Origin: Mobula hypostoma
Lineage: Eukaryota
Assembly (NCBI RefSeq): GCF_963921235.1
Contig: NC_086108.1
Location: forward strand, 116,376,001 to 116,440,000
Length of the DNA stretch: 64,000 bases
Reading direction: 5' to 3'
In this document: piece by piece, positions 48,845 to 61,169 of the stretch
Layout of the letters: each line of letters starts with the position of its first letter
Position numbering within the stretch: position 1 is the first letter of the stretch
Notes under the pieces: model-generated
Told to the model about the DNA's origin: nothing
What the model saw: only the letters and a program-made list of their open reading frames with translations
Database searches by the model: none
Made by a program: the position numbers and the translations under genes

Positions 48845-51800
48845 TATATAGGAAAATAGAAACAAATGAGGTGTTCACGGAGAACGAATGCAAGGGAACA
48901 CTTAAGAAAGAAATCAGCAAGGCTAAAAGAAGGCATGAAGTTGTTCTAGCAGACAAGATGAAGAAGAATCCCAAGGGATTCTACAGAAGTATGAAGAGCA
49001 AAAGATTCGCGAGGGACGAAAGTGGCCCTCCGGAAGACCAGAATGGTAATCCATGTGTGGAGCCAAAACATATGAGAAAGATCTTAAATGTATTCTTTGC
49101 ATCTATATTTAGACCATAAAACCATAAGAGCAGAACTAAGCCATATGGCCCATCGAGTCTGCTCCACCATTCAATCATAACTGATCTTTTTTTTATCTTC
49201 TCCTCAACCCCATTTCTCGGCCTTCTCCCCCTCAATCTTTGATGCCATGTCCAATCATCCTCAAGAACTGATCAATCTCTGCCTTAAATACACCCCACGA
49301 CTTGGCCTCCACAGCTGCATGGGGTAACAAAGTCCACAAACTCTCCACCCTTTTGCTAAAGAAATTTCTCCACATCTCGGTTTTGAAAGGGCACCCCTCT
49401 ATCCTGAGGCTGTGCCCTCTTGTCCTAGACTCTCCCACCATGGGAAACATCCTTCCCACATTTACTCTGTCTAGGCTTTTCAACATTCGAAAGGTTTCAG
49501 TGAGACACCCCCCCCCCCACCCCATCCTTCTGAATTCCAGTGAGTACAGACCCAGAGCCATCAAATGTTCCTCGTATGATAACCCATTCATTCCCGGAAT
49601 CATCCTTGTGAACCTTCTCTGGACCCTCTCCAATGCCAGCACATCTTTTCTAAGATGAGTAGCCCAAAACTGTCACAATATTCAGGTGAGGCCTCACCAG
49701 TACCTTATAAAGCCTCAACATCACATCCCTGCTCTTTTACTCTAGACCTCTTGAAATGAATGCCAACATGGCATTTACCTTCTGACTCAACCTGCAAGTT
49801 AACCTTCAGGATGTCCTGCACAAGGACTCCCAAGTCCCTCTGCGTTTCAGATTCCTGCATTTTCTCCCCATTTAGAAAATAGTTTGCACATTTATTTCTA
49901 CTACAAAAGTGCATGACTATGCATTTTCCAACATTGTATTTCATTTGCCACTTTCTTGCCCATTCTCCTAATCTGTCTAAGTCCTTCTGCATCCTACCTG
50001 TTTCCTCAATACTACCTGCTTCTCCACCAATCTTTGTATCATCTGAAAACTTGGCAACAAAACCATATATTCCATCATCTAAACCATTTATATACAGCAT
50101 AAAAAGAAGCGGTCCCAACACTGACCCCTACGGAACACCGCTAGTCACTGGCAGACAATCAGAAAAGGATCCTTTTATTCCCACTCGCTGCTTCCTACCA
50201 ATTAGCCAATGCTCTAACCACGTTAGTAACTTCCCTGTAATACCATTGGCTGTTAACTTGGTAAGCAGCTTCATGTGTGACACCTTGTCAAAGGCCTTCT
50301 GAAAGTCCAAATATACAACATCCACTGCATCCCCTTTATATATCCAACTTGTAATCTTGGAATTTACTCAGAAGACGTATAGGCAGGGTGAGCCAAAGTA
50401 GCATCAACTTCATGGACTCCTTACAGAATACAGAGGAGGAGGTATTTGTTATTCTGAGGCAAATCAGGGTGGATAAATCCCCAAGGCCTGATAAGGTGTT
50501 CCCTCGGACCCTATGGGAGACAAGTGCAAAAATTGCTGGGACCTTAGCAGAGGTATTTGAAACAGCCTTAGCAACAGGACTGGTACCAGAGGATTGGAGG
50601 ATAGCCAATGTTGTCCTGCTGTTTAAAAAGGCTCTAACCAGGAATCGGGAAATTATAGGCTGGTGAGTCTGATATTAGTTATTGGATGGTATACTAAGTG
50701 ACCAGATATATAAATATTCAGAAAGACATGGACTGATTGAGGATAGTCAGCATGGCTTTGTGCATGGTAGATCACGTATAACCAATTTTATAGAGTTTTT
50801 CAAGGAAATTATCAAGAAAGTCGATGAAGTTAAGGCAGCAGATGTTGTCTGCATGAACTTTAGCAAAGCATTTGACAAGGTCCCGCATGGGAGGTTGGTC
50901 AGGAAGGTTCAGTCGCTCAGCATTTAAGATAAGGTGCTAAATTGAATTAGTCATTGGCTTTGAGGGAAAAGCCAGAGAGTGGTAGTTGAAGGTTGCCTCT
51001 CTGACTGGACCCTGTGACTAGTGGCATGCCACAGGAATCAGTGCTGGGTCCTTTGTTGTTTGTCATCTATATCAATGATCTGGATGATAATGTGGTTAAC
51101 TGGATCAGTTAATTTGTGGATGACACCAAGATTGGGGGGTGTAGTGTACAGTGAGGAAGGTTATCATGGCTTGCAGAGGGAACTGCATCAGCTAGAAAAT
51201 GGGCTGAAAATGGCTGATGGAGTTGAATGCAGACAAGTACGAGGGTTTGCACATTGGTAGGACCAGCCAGGGTAGGTCTTACACAGTGAGTGGTAGGACA
51301 CTGACATTATGGTCGAACAAAGGGATCGGGAACATAGGTCTATAATTCATTGAAAGTAGCGTCACAGATAGATACGGTCAAAAAGAAAGCTTTTGGCACA
51401 TTGGCCTTTGTAAAACAATGTACAGAGTACAGAAGATGGGATATTGTTTTGAAGTTGTATAAGACGTTGGTGAGGCCTAATTTGGAGTTTTGTGTACAGT
51501 TTTCGTCATCTCCCCCCCCCCCACCCCCACAGGAAAGATGTAAAGGAGGTTGAAAGTGTGCAGAGAAAATTTGCAAGGATGTTTCCGGGTCTGGAGGACC
51601 TGAGTTATTGGAAAGATTGAGTCTGTCAGGACTGCATTCTTCAGGACGTAGAAGATTCAGAGGAGATTTTATAGAGGTATACAACATTATGAAAGGTTTA
51701 GATAGGGCACATGCTTTTTCCACTGACTTTGGAGGTCATGGGTTAAAGGAGAAAAGTGAGAGGTTTAAGAGGAACATGAGGGGAAACTTCTTCACTCAGA

Positions 51801-52003
51801 GGGTGGTGAGAGTGTGGAACGAGCTGCCAGCACAAGTGGTGCATGAAAGCTCAGTTTCAATGTTTAAGAGAAGTTTGGATAGGTACATGGGTAGTAGGGG
51901 TACGGAGGGCTATGGCTCCGGTGCAGGTCGATCGGAGTAAACAGTTTAAATGGTTTCGGCATGGACTAGACGGGCCGAAGGGCCTATTTCTCTGCTGTAG
52001 TTC
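48845..52003 (+). mobile_element. CR1 LINE ORF2 (+), decayed, interrupted by an opposite-strand CR1 at ~49112-50352
   Basis: LKKEISKAKRRHEVVLA...FFASIF, resuming at ~50355 with TEEEVFVILRQIRVDKSP..., FSKAFDKVPHG and LYKTLVRPNLEF. Confidence 0.88.
49112..50352 (-). mobile_element. CR1 LINE (-) nested in the + strand CR1
   Basis: ORFs 50128-50325 ([11 protein letters not shown]), 49705-50121 and 49232-49642; ACCATAAAACCATAAG tail. Confidence 0.9.
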
Positions 52004-53389
52004 TTGATAACTCCAGGCAAAGCCCTCCACAGCACTCCCCTCTCCCCCCACCCCGGCTTTGCAGATCGCATCGTAACCTGGTACTCCGAGGCGGGCACTG
52101 CTCCCCCAACCAGAGTTGTGAAGTTTTCGGGGGAAAGGTGGGAGAATGGGGTGAAAAAACAAGCAGTCGTAATTGAATATCGGAGCTGACTTGATGGGTC
52201 GAATGTCCGAATTATACTCCAGAGATGAGGAGGAACTACCGCCAGAACGTGGTGAATCTGTGCAATTCATTGCTGCAGGCGGCTGTGGAGACCAGATTAT
52301 CGGTAGCGGGTGATATTTCTTCATTAGTCAGGGCGCCAAAGGCTACGGGGAGAAGGCGGGAAAGTAGGGTTGAGAGGGATAATAGATCAGCCGTAATGGA
52401 ATAACGGAACAGATTCGAACGGCTGAACCGCCTAATTATGCTTCATTGCCTTATGGCCTTATGTTTTGTGGTGTTGTAAATACGACACCAGTAGCAGCAA
52501 CCTCTCTGGCTGAGCCGTTAGGAGTATTTGAATACAAAGACACAAATCTCCTCTCGGTGGGACCAGCCGCGACTTGGTGGGTAGACCCTCACCCTGTGCC
52601 AGATGTGGAATCAGTTGTAAGCTGTAAGCCCAGGCTGCTCTTGGACACCTTGTAAAGGGTACAGTATGCAGATAGACCCAGGAAACTGCTCCGAACCGTT
52701 CCTACAGGGATATTGGGCGGATGGGTGGACAATGGGGGGCTACTTGGTCCTGAAATCGGCCCATTTCCTAAATCGTTGGGTCTGCACTGATCCGCGTAAC
52801 TGCCGAGTGAGTGTTCCATCACACTCCTGACTTGTAGATGGTGGAGTCTAGAAATACCGCCAGGCCCCTGCGGCCAGACAAGCCGACCCGGCCCAATTAC
52901 ACTCATGTGACCAATTAGCCTACTAACCTGTACGTCTTTGGGATGCGGGGGGGAGCTCACGTGGTCAGGTGGAAAGCGTACTACCTCCTTACAGGAGTCT
53001 ACCAGCCACTCTGCCACTTCTGGTCTTTGTGTAAGGAGGCTGAGTATTCACGATAGTGAAGATGGTTGGAGAACTTCCCCGAGCAGCTGAGATTGGGATG
53101 CATAGAACACAGTGTTACTGCACAGTGCAGGCCCTTCGGCGCACAATGTTGTGCCGACTTTCAACAGCCACAAACATCGTCCATCGCGCTAGCTGTGTGA
53201 ACCGATTGTCATTTACGTGATCTGACGCTCTAGAAATGCAGGCATGTCTCTTACTTTGATAACCTCCTCCAGAGGTTTACAGCGGGCGGGGGCGGGACAG
53301 CAGGCTAGGGAGAGGAGAGACTATCCAGAACAAAAAAATACGGAGCCTTTCATGGACAGAAAGGTTTAATTGTACAGCAGCGTTAAAGA

Positions 53390-53940
53390 TGATCTTCAAG
53401 ATTCAAGATTCGGGATTGTTTAATATCATAGCCAGTGCACAAGTGTAGAGGCGAATGAAATAATTGTTACTTCAAATCTGATGCAGCACAAAAAAACACA
53501 AAAGATGTTAAAACACCATAATAATAAAAACACAGTAAATATAAAAGCATACGACCGCTTCTCTACATAGATTGATTGCATGTTCATAAAGTGACACTAG
53601 GCACAGGAGTGTCTGTACACAAGCTGACTGACAGGAAATGATAAAGGAGTGGTTGTTGGGGGTGTGGAGGGGTGGGTTAGTGGGTGGAGGTGTTGATCAG
53701 CCTCACTGCTTGGGGAAAGTAACTATTTTTGCGTTTGGTGGTCCTGGCGTGGATGCTATGTAGCCTCCTAGCTGATGGGAGTGGAACACAGTCCATGAGT
53801 AGGGTGGGTAGACATAGACATACTTTATTAATCCCGAGGGAAATTAGGTGGGATCTTTTATATTACTAGCCCTTTTCCAGCACCTTTCTGTATGCATGTC
53901 CTTGATGGCGGATAGGCTGGTGCAGGTTATGCATTGGGCC
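53390..53940 (-). mobile_element. L2/Rex1-type LINE 3' end
   Basis: CAAGATTCAAGATT tail followed by the reverse complement of an RT C-terminal region (TTGATCAGCCTCACTGCTTGGGGAAAGTAACT). Confidence 0.7.
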
Positions 53941-55375
53941 TTTGAAGAGAGGCATTGGGCCTTCATCCCAATCTGTCAGAAAATCGGATTGGAACATCGC
54001 TGGGTCTTCGTCAGTGACGGAAGGCGGAGGTGGTGGTGGTGGTGATGCCGGCCGGGTGGGTGGGGAGGGGGAGTCGTACGGAAGTTCGCTGCCTACTGAA
54101 AGTGTGCGGCTCGGTTGCGTTGCTGGTAGGGCCCCAGTTCCCCATCTCCCAGACCGACCGTGAGTCGAGGAAGCGCAGGAGGGCCCGGGATTACATCAGG
54201 AGCTGTGTTTGCAGCTCAGAGGCAGCGAACTCAGATCGGAAAGTTAATCCTCTCAATTGACAATAGAGCATTTAACGGCGCATAACACAATTAGCCAGAG
54301 TAAACACAGTTTTATCAAAGGGAAATTGCACTCAGTAAATTTATTAGAGTTCTTTGAGCATGTAACTAGCAGGGTGGCGAAGACAAGACGGGAGATAAAT
54401 AATTACTGTATCCGGATTTCCAAAAGGCATTGGCAACAGCGCCAGGTAGCCGTTCTCAGGGGCTGACAGCCACAGATTAATGTGGGTGACAGGTTGGGGT
54501 AACGAACGGGAGACAACCAATAGGATGAATAGATCATTTTAAATTGTCAACAGTAGCGAGTTGTGTCTACAGGACTCAGTCCCGCGTCGGCAGCGAATTA
54601 TAACCAGTATTAACGACACAGGTGATGAAACTATATGCAACGGGAGCAGGTGAGATGACAATACTGAGTTACGTGAGGAATAGACGGGGGCGGGGAACGC
54701 TAAATGGGAGGAAAGTAGAACCACGTAACTCTAGGTAACTGGGATTATCCACTTCCTGAAATATTCCAGGACTGCTAAATTTCGGAAAGATCTGTTTGTT
54801 CTAGTGCAAGAAACAAGCAGTACGAGTCTGCCATCTGGGAGAAGACGTGAGCGAGATGGCACAGGTTGCGCAGCCACGGAGGGATTCATGGCGCTTGTAC
54901 ATAAATCTTTGAAGAAAACTGCAGACAAGAGAGTTGTTAGTGGAGATTATGGATATAAAGAGAGACACGGGAGCTGAATCATTCGCTGGGTGTCGTGGAA
55001 CAGTTCGCATAATGCTGGGTACCCAACCCCTGAGAAGATGTAACGTCATAGAGTCATAAAACGGGGAACAGGCCACTCGACCCATTGCATTCATACTGAC
55101 CAGAGATGTCCAGCTCACTCGGTACCATTTATACTGACCAGAGATGTCCAAATCACCCGGTCCCATTCCTCTGTATTTAGTCCATATCCCGCTGAACCTT
55201 TTCTATCCCCATATCTGTCCAAATATCTTCAAAATGTTAATCTCAGGAAATTCTGCAGATGCTAGAAATCTAGAGCAACAACACAAAATGCTGGAGGAAT
55301 TCGGCAGGTCAAACAACATCTATGGAGAGGAATCGACTGGCGACATTTCAGGCCGAGGCCCTTCATCGGAACTTT

Positions 55376-56290
55376 AAACATAGTCATAGTCATACTTTAT
55401 TGATCCCGGGGGAAATTGATTTCCGTTGCAGTTGCATGATAAATAATAAATAGTAATAGAAATAGTATTAGTAATACTACTATTAGTAAATAGTAATAGT
55501 CATGGAAATAATAAATAGTAATAGACTAGTAATAGAAAAATAGTAATAAATAGTTAAATAGTAATATGCAAATTATGCCAGTAAATTATGAAATAAATCC
55601 GGGACCAGCCTATTGGCTCAGGGTGTCTGACCCTCCAAGGGAGGAGTTGTAAAGTTTGATGGCCACAGGCAGGAATGACTTCCTATGACGCTCTGTGCTG
55701 CATCTCGGTGGAATGAGTCTCTGGCTGAATGTACTCCTGTGCCCACCCAGTACATTATGTAGCGGATGGGAGACATTGTCCAAGATGTCATGCAACTTGG
55801 ACAGCATCCTCTTTTCAGACACCACCGTGAGAGAGTCCAGTTCCATCCCCACAACATCACTGGCCTTACGAATGAGTTTGTTGATTCTGTTGGTGTCTGC
55901 TACCCTCAGCCTACTGCCCCAGCACACAACAGCAAACATGATCGCACTGGCCACCACAGACTCATAGAAAATCCTCAGCATCGTCCGACAGATGTTAAAG
56001 GACCTTAGTCTCCTCAGGAAATAGAGACGGCTCTGACCCTTCTTGTAGACAGCCTCAGTGTTCTTTGACCAGTCCAGTTTATTGTCAATTCGTATCCCCA
56101 GGTATTTGTAATCCTCCACCATGTCCACACTGACCCCCTGGATGGAAACAGGGGTCACCAGTACCTTAGGTCTCCTCAGGTCTACCACCAGCTCCTTAGT
56201 CTTTTTCACATTAAGCTGCAGATAATTCTGCTCACACCATGTGACAAAGTTTCCCACCGTAGCCCTGTACTCAACTTCATCTCCCTTGCT
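55376..56290 (-). mobile_element. Young Rex1/Babar- or L2-type LINE, 5'-truncated, intact RT C-terminal ORF (55610-56257)
   Basis: [20 protein letters not shown]...YKYLG...GQSRLYFLRRLRSF...RHRKSFLPVAIKLYN; CATAGTCATAGTCATACTTTATT tail. Confidence 0.9.
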
Positions 56291-56400
56291 TTCACATACT
56301 CACATACACTTACATGTGTTCACATACACCCACTCACACACACTCACACGGAGTCACATTCACTCACACGCACTCACAGACACATTCACACACACATACA

Positions 56401-56665
56401 CCCCTCTGACTCTCAACACAGGAGCCCCTCAGGGCTGCGTACTGAGTCCTCTCCTTTACTCCCTGTATACCCATGACTGTGTCGCCACCCAAAGCTCTAA
56501 TCTGCTAATCAAATTTGCCGATGTCACTACATCGATTGGCCGAATCTCAAACAATAACAAGGTGGCCTACAGGGAAGAAGTTATCTCTCTGACACAGTGG
56601 TGTCAAGAAAACAACTTCTCCCTCAATGTCACAAAAACAAAGGAGCGGTTGTGGATGACAGGAGG
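56401..56665 (+). mobile_element. L2/Rex1-type RT fragment following a (CA)n-like microsatellite
   Basis: LNTGAPQGCVLSPLLYSLYTHDC...KFADVT...WCQENNFSLNVTKTKE. Confidence 0.85.
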
Positions 56666-56669
56666 AATG

Positions 56670-59535
56670 GAGAAGCAGAATAAACGGTGTAAAGACAGTA
56701 AGGTAGAAGGACTGAAATGTGTGTACCTCGATGCAAGAAGCATCAGGAACAAAGGTGATGAACTGACAGCTTGGATACATACATGGAATTATGATGTAGT
56801 GGCCATTACAGAGACTTGGCTGGCACCAGGGCAGGAATGGATTCTCAATATTCCTGGATTTCAGTGCTTTAACAGGGATAGAGAGGGCGGAAAAAAGGGA
56901 GGAGGGGTGGCATTTCTGGTCAGGGATACTATTACAGCTACAGAAAGGGTGGGTAATGTAGCAGGATCCTCTTTTGAGTCAATATGGGTGGAAGTCAGGA
57001 ACAGGAAGGGAGCAGTTACTCTACTGGGGGTATTCTATTGGCCCCCTGGTAGCAGCAGAGATACAGAGGAGCAGATTGGGAGGCAAATTTTGGAAAGGTG
57101 CAAAAATAACAGGGTTGTTATCATGGGTGACTTTAACTTCCCTAATATTGATTGGCACCCGATTAGTTCCAAGGGTTTAGATGGGGCAGAATTTGTTAAG
57201 GGTGTCCAGGATGGATTCCTGTCACAGTATGTGGACAGGCCGACCAGGGGGAATGCCATACTAGATCTAGTATTAGGTAATGAACCGGGTCAGGTCACAG
57301 ATCTCTCAGTGGGTGAGCATCTGGAGGACAGTGACCACCGCTCCCTGGCCTTTAGCATTCTCATGGAAAAGGATAGAATCAAAGAGGACAGGAAAATTTT
57401 TAATTGGGGAAAGGCAAATTATGAGGCTATAAGGCTAGAACTTGCGGATGTGAATTGGGATGATGTTTTTGCAGGGAAATGTACTATGGACATGTGGTCG
57501 ATGTTTAGAGATCTCTTGCGGGATGTAAGAGATAAATTTGTCCCGGTGAGGAAGATAAAGAATGGTAGGGTGAAGGAACCATGGGTGACAAGTGAGGTGG
57601 AGAATCTAGTCAGGTGGAAGAAGGCAACATATATGAGGTTTAGGAAGCAAGGATCAGATGGGTCTATTGAGGAATATAGGGAAGCAAGAAAGGAGCTTAA
57701 GAAGGGGCTGAGAAGAGCAAGAAGGGGGCATGAGAAGGCCTTGGCGAGTAGGGTAAAGGAAAACCCCAAGGCATTCTTCAATTATGTGAAGAAAAAAAGG
57801 ATGACAGGAGTGAAGGTAGGACCGATTAGAGATAAGGGTGGGAAGATGTGCCTGGAGGCTGTGGAAATGAGCGAGGTCCTCAATGAATACTTCTCTTCGG
57901 TATTCACCAATGAGAGGGAACTTGATGATGGTGAGGACAATATGAGTGAGGTTGATGTTCTGGAGCATGTTGATATTAAGGGAGAGGAGGTGTTGGAGTT
58001 GTTAAAATACATTAGGACAGATAAGTCCCCGGGGCCTGATGGAATATTCCCCAGGCTGCTCCACAAGGCAAGAGAAGAGATTGCTGAGCCTCTGGATAGG
58101 ATCTTTATGTCCTCGTTGTCCACTGGAATGGTACCGGAGGATTGGAGGGAGGCGAATGTTGTTCCCTTGTTCAAAAAAGGTAGTAGGGATAGTCTGGGTA
58201 ATTATAGACCAGTGAGCCTTACGTCTGTGGTGGGAAAGCTGTTGGAAAAGATTCTTAGAGATAGGATCTATAGGCATTTAGACAATCATGGTCTGATCAG
58301 GGACAGTCAGCATGGCTTTGTGAAGGGCAGATCGTGTCTAACAAGCCTGATAGAGTTCTTTGAGGAGGTGACCAGGCATATAGAGATTTTAGTAAGGCAT
58401 TTGACAAGGTTCCACACGGTAGGCTTATTCAGAAAGTTAGAAGGCATGGGATCCAGGGAAGTTTGGCCAGGTGGATTCAGAATTGGCTTGCCTGCAGAAG
58501 ACAGAGGGTGGTGGTGGAGGGAGTACATTCAGATTGGAGGATTGTGACTAGTGGTGTCCCTCAAGGATCTGTTCTGGGACCTCTACATTTCGTGATTTTT
58601 ATTAACGACCTGGATGTTGGGGTAGAAGGGTGGGTTGGCAAGTTTGCAGATGACACAAAGGTTGGTGGTGTTGTAGATAGTGTAGAGGATTGTCAAAGAT
58701 TGCAGAGAGACATTGATAGGATGCAGAAGTGGGCTGAGAAGTGGCAGATGGAGTTCAACCCGGGGAAGTGTGAGGTGGTACACTTTGGAAGGACGAACTC
58801 CAAGGCAGAGTACAAAGTAAATGGCAGGATACTTGGTAGTGTGGAGGAGCAGAGGGATCTCGGGGTACATGTCCACAGATCCCTGAAAGTTGCCTCACAG
58901 GTGGATAGGGTAGTTAAGAAAGCTTATGTGGTGTTAGCTTCCATAAGTCGAGGGATAGAGTTTAAGAGTCGTGATGCAGCTCTATAAAACTCTGGTTCGG
59001 CCACACTTGGAGTACTGTGTCCACTTCTGGTCACCTCACTATAGGAAGGATGTGGAAGCATTGGAAAGGGTACAGAGGAGATTTACCAGGATGCTGCCTG
59101 GTTTCGAAAGTATGCATTATGATCAGAGAATAAGGGAGCTAGGGCTTTACTCTTTGGAGAGAAGGAGGATGAGAGGAGACATGATAGAGGTGTACAAGAT
59201 AATAAGAGGAATAGATAGAGTGGATAGCCAGCGCCTCTTCCCCAGGGCACCACTGCTCAATACAAGAGGACATGGCTTTAAGGTAAGGGGTGGGAAGTTC
59301 AAGGCGGATATTAGAGGAAGGTTTTTTACTCAGAGAGTGGTTGCTGCGTGGAATGCACTGCCTGAGTCAGTGGTGGAGGCAGATACACTAGTGAAGTTTA
59401 AGAGACTACTAGACAGGTATATGGAGGAATCTAAGGTGGGGGCTTATATGGGATGCAGGGTTTGAGGGTCGGCACAACATTGTGGGCCGGAGGGCCTGTA
59501 CTGTGCTGTACTATTCTATGTTCTATATGTTCTAT
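56670..59535 (+). mobile_element. Near-complete CR1 ORF2 (APE endonuclease plus RT) with two frameshifting deletions (~58385, ~58972)
   Basis: LKCVYLDARSIRNK, VAITETWL, GDFNFPNIDW, SDH, KSPGPDGI, NYRPVSLTS, QGSVLGP, FADD; tail TATTCTATGTTCTATATGTTCTATG. Confidence 0.95.
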
Positions 59536-60654
59536 GTGTGTGTGACTGAACACTGCCAGGTTTCTCTCTCTCACTGTACAGCCCAGCGTTTGACAAACGC
59601 TCTCCCTGAGACTAACTGTCTGCAACTTGGGATAATGTAAATGAAACATGAGTCACTCAGTCCTGGGCAGAATCAGGATTACACGCTGGTTAACGATTGC
59701 ACATAATCGAGGCCCTCACACTCCATAACTTATAGTTAGTGCTGGAAACTGTCGATGTGTTCAAGGCCATTACTGGGAGTGATGGGCCCGGATCCCTCAG
59801 TGTGAGCCTTGAGCGACGCATCAGCTTGTCTATTTCCAGTAATTATGTGTTATTTAGCTGCCCCGATCCAACATACAGATGTTCTCTGAACTGAGACTGT
59901 GTTCACACAATCTGTCAGCATTATGACTCCGGTTATTGATGCTATTAGTGGCTCCCAGTGATTACAGGAAGTCCCAGGGACAACAGAGGCCCAGGAGTGA
60001 CAGGGGGAACACACCCGTCCCACGCAGCCCACCCACTGGCTCGCCATTCGTAACCATGGTAATGAGATCATGGGACGGATCACAGGAGGGGAATGGGGAA
60101 GGGATTGTGCTATAACATCGACTCGCCTTTATATAACGGGTTGCGTGGTAAAGCGTCCCGGGAGTCGAGAGACGGCTATCATGGAAGCGAAGGGAAGCGA
60201 TGAGGACTGGAAAGGAGGGAGCTGGAAGTGTGAACACAGGGGAGGAAAGCACAGGAGCCGGTCATTCGCTCCATCAGTCTGCGCTAATTAATCACATCAG
60301 GCATCTCTCCGACCCCAGCCGTCTAAATACATCTTAGTGCTGCTGTCCGCTTCCACTCCGCTTCCTGGCAGCGTACTCCACCCACTTTCTAAAGCTGTCT
60401 GAAATATTCCCTCTCGCACCTTAAGCCAATGTCCTCTGGTATTTAACATTTCAACTGGCGTGGTGGTGGTGGTGGGGGTGGAGGTGAGAGTTGGGTGCGG
60501 GGTGGGTGAGCCGGTGGGAAGCTGGTTGTTTCTTTTTGTCTCATAATTTTATAGGCTCCTATCAGGGTCTCGCCTCTACTCCTAACGCTCCAGGGAAAAC
60601 GATTCATGTCTGTTCATCCTCTCCTCATAGCTTTGAGGCCCTCAAAGGGTCGAC

Positions 60655-61169
60655 AATGTATGGTGCGCCCTAGCCGTCTAGGTACGCAAGCCAGTACAGT
60701 ACGATATGCAGAGCAAGCGGTTGTCCGTGTAGCCACGCATCTGATGAACCCAATAGAACGGCCGAGACCCATACAGTTTGGCACCAGCAGCATCGCGGGA
60801 GCTGCCGGTCAGCTTTGAACTCAGCACAGCTTGAGGGACTGCAGCTCCGGATTTTTCCATCGTGTTCACTCCCGAAGCCTTCCCTATGAATTAATATAGC
60901 CGCAAAGCAGCGGAGGCTTGGTATGAGAATTTTCTTTCTCCTCGACGAGCTGCCAACCGCGGCTGACGAGCTCCATCTGCCCAGAGCGACTGGTTTTAAG
61001 GCTGTCAGTAGAAACGGGGTTCGCTGGGCTTAGTAGCTAAGCCATAGGTGTAGGCCAGGAGTTGGACTTCATGCCAGAGACTACGTGAGGTTCACGCCAT
61101 TGGGAACATTTAATAAGCAATGGAAGCTTAACCTATTTCCACCTCTGTCTATAACAAACTGAAGGAACC
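60655..61169 (-). mobile_element. Probable RTE-clade LINE 5'-region-derived element inserted into an old CR1
   Basis: The minus strand reads GGGCAGATGGAGCTCGTCAGCC...GGAGAAAGAAAATTCTC...AAAAATCCGGAGCTG...GGTGCCAAACTGTAT, which resembles RTE 5' regions as I recall them. CR1 (-) remnants are contiguous on both sides (~60290-60635 and ~61185-61850). Confidence 0.5.
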
